Source of the DNA: an uncultured delta proteobacterium
Lineage (GTDB): Bacteria; Myxococcota; B64-G9
Reading direction: 5' to 3'
DNA: 64,000 nt
Assembly: GCA_963754925.1 (NCBI GenBank)
Contig: CAVWHX010000004.1
Span: forward strand, 1,344,001-1,408,000
Under the pieces are notes generated by a model that was given only the letters and a program-made list of their open reading frames with translations, searched no databases and was not told the origin of the DNA. The first letter of the stretch is position 1, and each line of letters starts with the position of its first letter. A program made the position numbers and the translations under genes. Of this stretch, positions 29,662-38,812 are shown in pieces.

Positions 29662-30261
29662 ATGCTCGAGAGACTCTCAGACGAGGAACTCATGGCGAAG
29701 TTTCTTGCAGGAGAACTTCCGGCATTCGAGGTATTATTAGTTCGGCATCGGCGGGGCATCTATCAATTTATTTATAGGTTTGTTGGGCATCCGGCTCAGG
29801 CCGAGGATATTATGCAAGACGTGTTCACCCGGCTTTTCACGGCAGCCGAATCGTTTGAGAGACGATCGCGCTTTACTACCTGGATCTACACCGTCGCCCG
29901 CAATCTGTGCATAGACTTTTTGCGCAAACATAAGCACCGCAAGGCCGCCTCGCTCGATCAGCCGAAGAATTCCGGCGACGAATCGGCAGGCACCCTGCTT
30001 GAGCACCTTCACGGTGACGCACGAGATCCCGAACATGAAGCCCATGGCCGCGAATTGCGCACCGTGATACTCCGGGCGCTTGAGTCCATCAGCCTCGAGC
30101 AACGTGAAGTATTTCTCCTGCGTGAGGAGGCCGGACTACCCTTTGAAGAAATCGCGCGTATCGTCGATGCGCCGCTCAACACCGTCAAAAGCCGTATGCG
30201 CTACGCGCTGCAGAACCTGCGCGCCAACCTTTCCGCCCAGGGGGTGGAACCGTCCGGTTAA
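29662..30261 (+). CDS. ECF sigma-70 factor
   Basis: SDEELM, AEDIMQDVF, FTTWIYTVARNLCIDFLRK, REVFLLRE, EEIA...PLNTVKSRMRYA. Confidence 0.93.
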   Translation: MLERLSDEELMAKFLAGELPAFEVLLVRHRRGIYQFIYRFVGHPAQAEDIMQDVFTRLFTAAESFERRSRFTTWIYTVARNLCIDFLRKHKHRKAASLDQPKNSGDESAGTLLEHLHGDARDPEHEAHGRELRTVILRALESISLEQREVFLLREEAGLPFEEIARIVDAPLNTVKSRMRYALQNLRANLSAQGVEPSG

Positions 30262-31451
30262 TGATACTATTTGGAATGAGCATGGATTGTAGCCAGGCCG
30301 ACATATGGTTAGTTGATTATCTTTATGGAGAGCTTCCTGAGCAGGAACGCCAAGCTTTTGAGCTCCATCTACAGTCCTGCTCGGCGCATGCCAAAGAAGT
30401 TGAGCGGATGCGGGCGGTGCTTACGTTGATGCGAAAAGATTCCCGTGAGGATCCGTCCGATAGGGTTAGCAAAGAGATAGTACGAGCGGCAGAGGCTTCA
30501 CTTCATCGAACCTCTCGGCCGTGGGGTTGGCTCGGTTGGATCAGGACTCCGCTCGCAGCCGCCGCGGCGCTTCTGGTGGTCATTGGGATCGGGGCGGTGG
30601 TCTACTTTAATGAGGGGTTTGAAAAGCGCTCTTCGGAAAGCACTTCAAAGGTTGGCACAATGGAACTGAGCTCCCCACAATCTTTGGCCGGGAGCGATGC
30701 TAAGGCGCCCGTTGTTGCCGCTACCGGCGCCCCAGTCTCAAAGGATGAGCGTACGATGGTGTCGGAAGAAATGAGATCGGTCACGAATAAAACGCCTTCT
30801 CCCCAGAAAATGACAGAGGACATGAAAGGCGCCGGCCAGAAGGAAAGAAGACTCGCTCGTGAGCCAATAGCTCAAAAGCAAACCTATCGTAATGAAGGGA
30901 TCTCGCAGGATGTTGGCGTTGTAAAACCGTCCGAGCGCGCGTTCGCCCCTCGACCGGAGGAGTATCATGACCAGTATGCCGGTTCGGCAGGCGTCGCAGT
31001 CGCCGAAAAATCTGCGGTCCAGTCACTGAAACAAGAAACCGCCCTGCCAGCTACCGCGGCAGCAGCCCCGCGAGCTTTACACAAGAAAGGTTTGACGGAG
31101 GAAGCACAGGCTCCCCGGAGCGCACCCGCCGAGGCCGTGGCCGACAAACCTTTGGGTGTCGTGTCCGATGAGGAGCTACCCTCCTTAAGCAATTCAGAGG
31201 TGAACGCGATCATGCGTGCGCATCAAGATGAGTTATCAGCGTGTGGTCGGAACTACTCTTCGGTTAAAGGCACCGCGGTGTTCAGCCTTGTCATCGCTAC
31301 CGATGGCGTCGTGTCCAGTGTTTCCACCCTTACCGAGCCATTCAAGGGTAGCGCCTATGCAGAATGCATCAGCTCGCACATAAAAAAGATTCGTTTCCGT
31401 CAATTTGGCGGTGAGCTAAAGACCGTTCCCGTTTCCTTTATCGTCAAGTGA
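30261..31451 (+). CDS. Anti-sigma factor: zf-HC2-like N-terminus, TM helix, C-terminal AgmX/PglI (TonB-C-like) domain
   Basis: C......DYLYGEL......FELHLQSCSAH; TM LAAAAALLVVIGIGAVVY; C-terminal EVNAIMRAH..ELSAC...GT.V...VI..DGVV...CI...F. Confidence 0.75.
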   Translation: MILFGMSMDCSQADIWLVDYLYGELPEQERQAFELHLQSCSAHAKEVERMRAVLTLMRKDSREDPSDRVSKEIVRAAEASLHRTSRPWGWLGWIRTPLAAAAALLVVIGIGAVVYFNEGFEKRSSESTSKVGTMELSSPQSLAGSDAKAPVVAATGAPVSKDERTMVSEEMRSVTNKTPSPQKMTEDMKGAGQKERRLAREPIAQKQTYRNEGISQDVGVVKPSERAFAPRPEEYHDQYAGSAGVAVAEKSAVQSLKQETALPATAAAAPRALHKKGLTEEAQAPRSAPAEAVADKPLGVVSDEELPSLSNSEVNAIMRAHQDELSACGRNYSSVKGTAVFSLVIATDGVVSSVSTLTEPFKGSAYAECISSHIKKIRFRQFGGELKTVPVSFIVK

Positions 31452-31596
31452 CCTAAGCCCACCAAGGAGCCGCATCCATACGGCCCGGCGCCTGCCTATA
31501 ACCGAACGGTTACGACGGAGCTTGTTTTTTTCTGCACGTTGAGTACACTGCGAGCAGTTTATCCATACCCCGGCGATGCGAGGTGGCAGAGGATAT

Positions 31597-32322
31597 ATGT
31601 ACCAGTACCAGGAACGCACCTACCAACAATCCATACAGGCCGAGGGACTTGTCCGCAGTCAGGTGTGGGTGGATGAAAGCGACCTATGCATTTTGGCCGG
31701 CGCCGACGTTACCGGCCTGGCAGAGGATTTGTTGCGGGACGTGCGCGCCGATCTTCTTTCGTACCTGCAGCGTGACGAACGCTTCCGTCTCACCCTGGAT
31801 CCCTACGAGCCGTTCTTCGATGCGCCCTTGGTGGTGGTGCGTATGGCCGCCGCCGCGCGGCGATTCGAGGTCGGCCCTATGGCGGCGGTGGCTGGGGCGG
31901 TTGCCGATTGCGTGGGCGAGCAGCTATCGCAACATTACCCCGACGTGGTCGTCGAAAATGGCGGCGATATCTACCTGCGCTGCGAGCGTCCGGTATTGGT
32001 GTCGGTCTTTGCGGGAGAGCATTCGCCGTTTGTGGACAACCTGCGCTTTCTGGTTCGCCCCGGCGGCAGAAGACTGGGCGTGTGCACCTCCAGCGGTACC
32101 GTAGGGCACTCGTTCAGCAAAGGCAAGGCCGACGCAGTGTGCGTGGTGGCGACGAGCTCCGCCGATGCCGACGCGGCGGCGACTTTTTTCGGAAATCAGG
32201 TACAGAGTTGCGAAGACATCAACCGGGTGGTCGACCATGCCAGTCGACGCGACGGGGTGTTCGGGATACTTGTCGCGATCGGCGACAAGCTGGGTGTATG
32301 GGGAGCGGTGGAAGTCGTATAA
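31597..32322 (+). CDS. UPF0280 / ApbE-like (COG2122) protein
   Basis: YQERTY, VGPMAAVAGAVA, VENGGDI, GVCTSSGTVGHSFS.G.ADAV. Confidence 0.88.
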   Translation: MYQYQERTYQQSIQAEGLVRSQVWVDESDLCILAGADVTGLAEDLLRDVRADLLSYLQRDERFRLTLDPYEPFFDAPLVVVRMAAAARRFEVGPMAAVAGAVADCVGEQLSQHYPDVVVENGGDIYLRCERPVLVSVFAGEHSPFVDNLRFLVRPGGRRLGVCTSSGTVGHSFSKGKADAVCVVATSSADADAAATFFGNQVQSCEDINRVVDHASRRDGVFGILVAIGDKLGVWGAVEVV

Positions 32323-32346
32323 TAATTTTTATGAAGGAGCAGCCTG

Positions 32347-32775
32347 TTGACCAAGCGAAATGTCATTTTGCACTTCGACGCATCGTTAGTGGACAAGCCA
32401 CTTATTTGTGGATTGATACGCACGCACGACATCACGGTTACCATTTTGCAGGCCAGAATCACGCCGGAGGAAGACGGTACGATGTTGATGCAGGTCGAAG
32501 GTTCCGCCCGTGAAGTTAATAAAGCCCTCCGCTATCTCGATGCGTTAGGGGTGCGCATGTTGCTTCCGACCAAGAATATGATTTGGGACGAGGAGCGCTG
32601 CACCCACTGTGGGGCCTGCGTCGCTCAGTGCCTCGCCAAGGCGCTCGCCCTCGATGCCCAAACTGGTCTGGTGAGCTTGAATGACAGTAGCTGTTTAGGC
32701 TGTCGGCTCTGCATCCCGGCCTGTCCCTTTGGAGCGCTCACCTCGGTGGAAGAACATCTCAACAACGGTCGGTAG
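32347..32775 (+). CDS. NIL-domain 2[4Fe-4S] ferredoxin
   Basis: NIL-like TILQARITP; CTHCGACVAQC and CLGCRLCIPACP. Confidence 0.88.
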   Translation: MTKRNVILHFDASLVDKPLICGLIRTHDITVTILQARITPEEDGTMLMQVEGSAREVNKALRYLDALGVRMLLPTKNMIWDEERCTHCGACVAQCLAKALALDAQTGLVSLNDSSCLGCRLCIPACPFGALTSVEEHLNNGR

Positions 32776-32798
32776 CGAACGCCTCCAGGAGCGGCACC

Positions 32799-34025
32799 AT
32801 GCAAAAGAGTTTTGAAGAAATAAACGCAAAAATCCGCAAGGGCAAGGCGGTTGTGTTGACGGCCGATGAGATGGTGGACGTGGTAAAGGAACGCGGCGTT
32901 AAACGGGCGTTCCAACAGGTCGATGTGGTCACGACCGGAACATTTGCGCCCATGTGTTCTTCGGGCGCGTTGCTCAATACGGGCCACACCCGGCCGCGGA
33001 TGAATTTCAAGCGTGCCTGGCTCAATGACGTGGAAGCGTATTGCGGCATCGCAGCTGTCGATGTATATCTGGGAGCCACCGCCGTTTCCGAGGACGATCC
33101 CTGTAATAAAGTTTTCCCGGGAAAGTTTAGTTACGGCGGTGGGCATGTGATTGAAGATTTAGTCGCCGGCAGGGAGGTACTCTTTCGCGCGACCTCTTAC
33201 GGCAGCAATTGTTATCCACGCAAGGAGCTGACGAGCTTAATCAAGTTGAAGGATTTGCCGAGCGCCTGGCTACTTAACCCTCGCAATTGTTACCAAAACT
33301 ACAACGTGGCGGTAAACGCCCGCTCCCCAAAGTTGATGTACACGTACATGGGATTACTGCGCCCAAAAATGGCCAATGCCAATTTCTGTTCGGCCGGGCA
33401 ATTGAGCCCGCTGCTTAAGGACCCGCACTACCGGACCATCGGTATCGGTACCCGCGTGTTTTTAGGCGGTGGGGTGGGGTATGTCGCCTTTCCCGGCACC
33501 CAGCATGATCCAACTGTCAAGCGCACCAAGCACGGCGTTCCCATGGGCGGCGCCGGGACGCTTGCCCTCATCGGCGATCTCAAAACAATGAAACCGCGCT
33601 TCATACGCGGAGTCTCGATGACCGGCTACGGGCCATCGTTGGCCCTCGGCGTTGGTATTCCGATTCCTTTACTGAACGAAGAGATAACCGCCACCGCGGC
33701 ACTGTCGGATGAGGCGCTGATCGCTCCGGTGTGGGACTACGGCCATGACTATCCCGAGCGCACCGGTGAACCGCTCGGATACGTTTCATATGCTGAGTTG
33801 CGCACCGGCCAAATAAAGCTGCGGGGCAAAACAATTCCCACCGCATCGCTTTCGAGCCTACCGATGGCGCGGGAGGTTGCCGCAACCCTCAAAGATTGGA
33901 TTGCTTCAGGACGCTTTTTGCTTGGTCAACCAGTAGAGCTTCTCCCCGGAGAAGCCTCAGGAGTAAGCTCCCATCCTTTTGTAGAACGACCGCCAGACCG
34001 TCCGACAGCTCGGCGGCGAGGTTGA
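32799..34025 (+). CDS. Homocysteine biosynthesis protein (DUF39, aspartate-semialdehyde sulfurtransferase)
   Basis: EINAKI..GKAVVLTADE, VDVVTTGTFAPMCSSGA, YGGGHVIEDL, NPRNCYQNY; canonical neighbours (NIL ferredoxin, UPF0280). Confidence 0.9.
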   Translation: MQKSFEEINAKIRKGKAVVLTADEMVDVVKERGVKRAFQQVDVVTTGTFAPMCSSGALLNTGHTRPRMNFKRAWLNDVEAYCGIAAVDVYLGATAVSEDDPCNKVFPGKFSYGGGHVIEDLVAGREVLFRATSYGSNCYPRKELTSLIKLKDLPSAWLLNPRNCYQNYNVAVNARSPKLMYTYMGLLRPKMANANFCSAGQLSPLLKDPHYRTIGIGTRVFLGGGVGYVAFPGTQHDPTVKRTKHGVPMGGAGTLALIGDLKTMKPRFIRGVSMTGYGPSLALGVGIPIPLLNEEITATAALSDEALIAPVWDYGHDYPERTGEPLGYVSYAELRTGQIKLRGKTIPTASLSSLPMAREVAATLKDWIASGRFLLGQPVELLPGEASGVSSHPFVERPPDRPTARRRG

Positions 34026-34441
34026 CTGATGCGGTAACTTTCCCACCCGAATGTGAATTGAATCTGTTACGGCTCTACCAACCGTGCTGCCTCCGTATTT
34101 CTGCAAAGACTATATTTGAAAAAATATAATAGGAGCATTTAGCACGATGGGTATCGTGGCAGCTAACTGTTTGTTTTATAAATATATAATTCATGCCGAG
34201 GGATCGATTGCGAACCGCCTCAAAAATAATCTGGGGTTGACTTTTGCTCGTCGGTTTGGCATTAATAATTTAGTTCTCACGGTAAGGAATTCGCCTCAGA
34301 CAAAATCGTGTGGGGAGGGGTTTTGTTTGGGGATGAGTATATTCCGAAATTCGGTTAGGGCCCTCTCGTGTCACTGGGTGCGTCCCCATCCCCCCCGACA
34401 CCTGGAAACCTTGGGGGCCCAATTTTTTTTAATGAACTATT

Positions 34442-35647
34442 CTAAACCAATATCTTTCCTTCCGCACGCCATTTAAGAATCTGGGCACCCTGAGCAAGTT
34501 GTTTCTTCCAATACCCATCCAGCCGGCCGGTTGATTCCATCCGGCGTAGCGCCTGAACGATGGTGGGTTCGAGACGCTCGGGCGCCGCCGGCCAGGCCGG
34601 GGTGCCGGGCAGTGGCACATACACATGAATATGCAACCGTGCGTTGTGCTCAAGGCACCAACGGGCCAATTGGATGGTCTGAAGACGTTCGGCGGCCGAT
34701 TCTCCGGGAAAACAAAACAGTAAGTCGACATGGGGGACGAGGCGAGCCTCGACGGTCAGCAGGATCGCCCGGCGCGCCTGTTCGACGGTGTGACGACGAT
34801 TCATCAAGTCTAAAACCCGATCCGAACCAGACTGCGCCCCCAGCACCAACGTGCGGTTGATACAACGCTCGCGTATTAATCGGAGGAGATCGACGGTAAT
34901 ATGATCCGGCCGCACCTCGGAAGGAAAACTTCCCAACATTAATTGTGAAGCGCCGGCGGCATGGCAGGCGGATAGCAACGAGGTCACCGACTCCGCTACC
35001 GGCAGCTTCGCATGGCCTCGGTACGCGAAGGCGTCGGAACTAAGAAAGCGGAAGCGTCGATGGCCGGCCGTGACCGCCTGCGCGACCCCTTCGGCTACAA
35101 CTGCGGGACTGCGATGGCACATGCGCCGGCCGAACAAATGCGGCACCTGGCAAAAGCCGCATGCGTAGGAACAACCGCGGGAGATTTCGGCAAAAGGAAA
35201 CAACCGCCGTCGAGCATCGGCATGAACCAGACCATCGAGATCGATCCCCGTGGGGGAGGCGTGGCGGATCGGGTTGGGCCCGTACGCTGCAGCGTCGAGC
35301 CACTCTCGCATAAAGTGTGGAAAACTTTCCTCACCCTCGCCCACAAAAACAACATCGAAACCGGCCGCCAGCATTCCCTGTGGGTCGGCGCTGGGGTGGG
35401 CGCCTCCGGCAACTAACCAGGGCCGACGTTGACGGTTCCGTAGGTCAGCGACCTCGGGCAGCGCCCATGCTAAGTCCACCGTCGTCAGCGAGTAGGCTGC
35501 CACATGAGCGGTCTCGATCGTTCGACCTGGCCCGTCGGCGAAGGTTATGTGCAGGTGCTCTGAAACTCCGGCTTTGTCCAGGGCACGAATCAGCGGCGGC
35601 AACGAATTACGGTTGTGAGCAGTCCGGCGAAAGACGAGTGACGGCAA
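34442..35647 (-). CDS. B12-binding radical SAM protein (TIGR04013-like)
   Basis: GGAHPS, GEGE, EISRGCSYACGFCQ, GSFPSEVRPD, GAQSGSDRVL. Confidence 0.85.
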   Translation of the reverse strand: MPSLVFRRTAHNRNSLPPLIRALDKAGVSEHLHITFADGPGRTIETAHVAAYSLTTVDLAWALPEVADLRNRQRRPWLVAGGAHPSADPQGMLAAGFDVVFVGEGEESFPHFMREWLDAAAYGPNPIRHASPTGIDLDGLVHADARRRLFPFAEISRGCSYACGFCQVPHLFGRRMCHRSPAVVAEGVAQAVTAGHRRFRFLSSDAFAYRGHAKLPVAESVTSLLSACHAAGASQLMLGSFPSEVRPDHITVDLLRLIRERCINRTLVLGAQSGSDRVLDLMNRRHTVEQARRAILLTVEARLVPHVDLLFCFPGESAAERLQTIQLARWCLEHNARLHIHVYVPLPGTPAWPAAPERLEPTIVQALRRMESTGRLDGYWKKQLAQGAQILKWRAEGKILV

Positions 35648-35681
35648 AACTTCAAGTCCTCTATGACAGAATCAAGGCAAC

Positions 35682-36683
35682 CTATTCTTCCTCGACCACC
35701 GAATCATAGAACGTTACGTAGTCGGTAATCTTTTCTCCATTCAAGAATTTCATTGCCGAGCGTGGATGAATATTGAGCTGACCGGTGATCATATAGGGAA
35801 TGTCAAAGCCCCAGGAAATCTTTTTCCGCAGGGGAACAACATGTTCCTCGATGCACTTCAGGATGGGGCGCACATGGAATTTAGGGTTCTTGAGGAAACC
35901 AAGCAACAATTCAATAGGGCAATTGCCAGCCCCGCGTCCAAGTCCTGCCAGGGTGGCATCCAGATAACTGGCGCCAAGAATCAGGGCTTCGATCGTATTG
36001 GCGTAGGCGAGCTGCTGGTTATTGTGGGTATGTATGCCAACTTTCTTTCCGCTCGCATTGGCATATTTGAGGTACTTACGGGTCAAGGCCTGAATTTCCT
36101 CTGAATAAAGGGCCCCGAAACTATCAACCAGATAGATAACGTTTACCTCGGTTTTTGATAGAATTTCCAGGGCCTCGTCTAATTCGTGATCCGGGACCAC
36201 CGAAATGGACATCAGGTTGAGGGTGGTTTCATAACCTTTGTCATGGATGGCCTTAATCATATCGAGCGCCGTCGGGATCTGATGAATGTAGGTCGCCACC
36301 CGAATCATGTCGAGCACGCTTTGCGATTTGGGCAGGATATCTTCGTGATAATCGGTGCGCTCGGCGTCCGCCATGGCCGAAAGCTTCAATCCGCTGGGGT
36401 TATCCTCGACAATTTGACGAATGTCGTCTTCAGTGCAAAATTTCCAGCAACCGAATTCCTGGGGCGAGTAGATCTTTTTGGAACCTTTGTAGCCGATTTC
36501 CATGTAATCAATGCCGGCCGCCACACAGGTCTGATAAACGGCGCTGACGAACTCGCTGTCAAAGTTTGAATTATTCATCAAACCGCCGTCGCGAACGGTG
36601 CAATCCAACACCTTGATATCAGGACGATAGGTAAGCCATGAGCCTTTCTTTTTCGCCGGATGAGTTTGCTCTTTCTTCGCCAT
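35682..36683 (-). CDS. HMGL-like / DRE-TIM aldolase-domain protein
   Basis: LDCTVRDGG, YLVDSFG, GIHTHNNQQLA.AN, GLGRGAGN. Confidence 0.85.
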   Translation of the reverse strand: MAKKEQTHPAKKKGSWLTYRPDIKVLDCTVRDGGLMNNSNFDSEFVSAVYQTCVAAGIDYMEIGYKGSKKIYSPQEFGCWKFCTEDDIRQIVEDNPSGLKLSAMADAERTDYHEDILPKSQSVLDMIRVATYIHQIPTALDMIKAIHDKGYETTLNLMSISVVPDHELDEALEILSKTEVNVIYLVDSFGALYSEEIQALTRKYLKYANASGKKVGIHTHNNQQLAYANTIEALILGASYLDATLAGLGRGAGNCPIELLLGFLKNPKFHVRPILKCIEEHVVPLRKKISWGFDIPYMITGQLNIHPRSAMKFLNGEKITDYVTFYDSVVEEE

Positions 36684-36820
36684 GATGTTCTCCTCGCTGC
36701 TTTTCAAAATGCTTACTTTTTGATTATTCTGCCTATTGCAGCGTACGGCAATTAGAACTCTCTGCCATTTTATGTATAAGAAATCAAGTGTTAAATATAA
36801 GTATAAAAACCTTCAATGTA

Positions 36821-37726
36821 TCAGGCAGGACCTCTAAAGAGCATCGGTATCGTGAGCAGCAGCAACAGCGCGGCAAATGGCAACAGCACAACGAGCGCGG
36901 CACGCCAGGGGCTCATGCGATGGATCTGGGATAAGGCGATAACCTGAAGCGCTAATGTCCACATGCTGCCGAGCAGTTGACCAATGTAAGGGATTGCCAA
37001 CAGCAACAACGGGACAAATCCATAGGAGGTGGCGCGTATCGTGGCGCCAAAGCCCCGATTATTGGAGGCGGTGAGGACGACCACCGCATGGTAAATGCCA
37101 GCGCAGAGAAGCACGTTGGCAAGTCCTAACAAAGGAGAGAGATACATCGCCCAGGAAAAGGCGCTGTTAATAAAGGTCAGATAGTCCTCTGGGGAAATAC
37201 CATTGAGTTTGCCCTGCAAAACGCTGAGGAACGCCTGATGGTTGCGATGAAGTATCAACAGTAGGTAGAGCATTGAAAAATCTAATGCAATAGCACAGAT
37301 AATCGAACCAAAAACGAGCGCGCTTACGATACCGGTCTTGCCGACGCGCACTCTGATGAAAAAAGCTGCCGGCGAACTGATTATCTCCCTGATTGTTTGG
37401 ATAAAACCTTTGACATATCCATGCCTTCCTGACTCAAAGGCCGGGACAAATTCCTGAACCGTTGGTTCGAGGTCAGGTTCAAGTTGAGGTTCCCAAGGCT
37501 GAGCCTTCGGGTTTTTCTCCACGCTTGGATCCGAGCCTTGTCCTGGCGGTGTTTCTGTACGTACCTCCTGGGGTGACGGGGCGAGTTCATCGGGCGTGCC
37601 GCCTAACTGCGGCGGAACAAAGACCTCGGCATGGCAGATTGGGCACGTCTGCTGACCGTAGTGCATGGTCTCAAAGTTACGATCGCAACCTGCGCAGCGA
37701 GCCAAAATAGGGATGTTACTTTCCAT
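36821..37726 (-). CDS. YIP1-family membrane protein with N-terminal Zn ribbon
   Basis: CAGC...CPIC; Pro-rich linker; SPAAFF; multiple TM helices; IPYIG. Confidence 0.7.
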   Translation of the reverse strand: MESNIPILARCAGCDRNFETMHYGQQTCPICHAEVFVPPQLGGTPDELAPSPQEVRTETPPGQGSDPSVEKNPKAQPWEPQLEPDLEPTVQEFVPAFESGRHGYVKGFIQTIREIISSPAAFFIRVRVGKTGIVSALVFGSIICAIALDFSMLYLLLILHRNHQAFLSVLQGKLNGISPEDYLTFINSAFSWAMYLSPLLGLANVLLCAGIYHAVVVLTASNNRGFGATIRATSYGFVPLLLLAIPYIGQLLGSMWTLALQVIALSQIHRMSPWRAALVVLLPFAALLLLLTIPMLFRGPA

Positions 37727-37832
37727 CGAGACTCCGGATACCCTAACCAAGTTTATCAGAACATAGTATAGCTTTTCGCATTCATAAAAAAGCCGCGTAC
37801 CGTACCGCCCTGTACGCGGCAATTAATAACAA

Positions 37833-37906
37833 TCGGGAAGACAGGATTTGAACCTGCGACCCCCTGGTCCCGAACCAGGTGCTCTACCAGACTGAGCCAC
37901 TTCCCG
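37833..37906 (-). tRNA. tRNA-Pro (anticodon CGG)
   Basis: CGGGAAGTGGCTCAGTCTGGTAGAGCACCTGGTTCGGGACCAGGGGGTCGCAGGTTCAAATCCTGTCTTCCCGA folds as a cloverleaf; CCA not encoded. Confidence 0.97.
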
Positions 37907-37913
37907 TTCTATC

Positions 37914-38032
37914 CAGAGCGGCATAACTTCGCATATCTTTGTCGCTTCCTCGTTTCGTCACTGCGGCGTACCTGCAGTACGCCTCGCTCCTCAACTTCGT
38001 CGCTCCTTGATATGCTTTGTTCTGCCGCTCTG
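37914..38032. repeat. MITE-like 119-bp element with imperfect terminal inverted repeats
   Basis: CAGAGCGGCAtAAC..GCATATC / GATATGC..GTTcTGCCGCTCTG; internal hairpin GGCGTAC-CTGCA-GTACGCC; TATC on both flanks; partial second copy 38043-38063. Confidence 0.65.
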
Positions 38033-38077
38033 TATCTCTATACGGCATAACTTCGCATATCTTCCAGCCTTTGGTAC

Positions 38078-38785
38078 CTATCGTTGCTTGCCTTGTGAAC
38101 GGTGCCGTCGGGACTTTGTCGGTGACGTCAATAACGCTCGCAAGGTAGCAATGGTCTGCTTAACATCGCCTGAAAAAATGCTGGTGCCGGCCACAAAAGC
38201 ATTGGCGCCGGCCCTGGCGGCCAGCCGTACGGTGTCATTGTTTATCCCACCATCAACTTGAATGTCAACAGGCAACTGGCGCTCGCTGATAATGGAAGCG
38301 ATGCGGGATATTTTTGGCAGCATGGCGGAAATAAACGATTGGCCACCAAATCCAGGTTCGACGGTCATAATCAGCACGAGGTCAAGCTCCTCAAGGATAT
38401 GTTCGATCGCCACGAGGGGTGTGGCCGGATTGAGGGCCACGCCACTTCTGCAGCCTGCTTGTCGAATGGCGCGCACGGTCCGGTAGAGGTGCAGGCAGGC
38501 TTCCGCCTGAACCGTGAGACCGGTAGCACCGGCGCGAGCGAACTCATCCAGATAGCGGTCGGGTTCAACGATCATCAAATGAACGTCGAGCGGCAGACGC
38601 GTGCGCCTACTGATTGCCTCCACGACCGGAATGCCGATAGTCAGGTTGGGAACAAACCGGCCATCCATGACATCGACGTGCACCCAGTCGGCTCCGGCCG
38701 CTTCACAGCGGGCAACCTCGTCGCCTAACGCGGCCATATCGGCCGAAAGAATCGAAGGAGCAATGATAAAAGGGCGGTTTTGCAT
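38078..38785 (-). CDS. rpe: Ribulose-phosphate 3-epimerase
   Basis: IAPSILSAD, HVDVMDGRFVPN, DVHLMI, MTVEPGFGGQ, VDGG. Confidence 0.97.
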   Translation of the reverse strand: MQNRPFIIAPSILSADMAALGDEVARCEAAGADWVHVDVMDGRFVPNLTIGIPVVEAISRRTRLPLDVHLMIVEPDRYLDEFARAGATGLTVQAEACLHLYRTVRAIRQAGCRSGVALNPATPLVAIEHILEELDLVLIMTVEPGFGGQSFISAMLPKISRIASIISERQLPVDIQVDGGINNDTVRLAARAGANAFVAGTSIFSGDVKQTIATLRALLTSPTKSRRHRSQGKQR

Positions 38786-38812
38786 GTCTCACCTTGCTAT
38801 TAAGACCTTGGT

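Noticed and set aside
31597..34025. UPF0280-NIL ferredoxin-DUF39 trio as a novel system
   Set aside because: Matches the described anaerobic homocysteine biosynthesis module
37833..37906. tRNA-Pro as an integration site of a genomic island
   Set aside because: No integrase nearby and no duplicated tRNA 3' end noticed in the window
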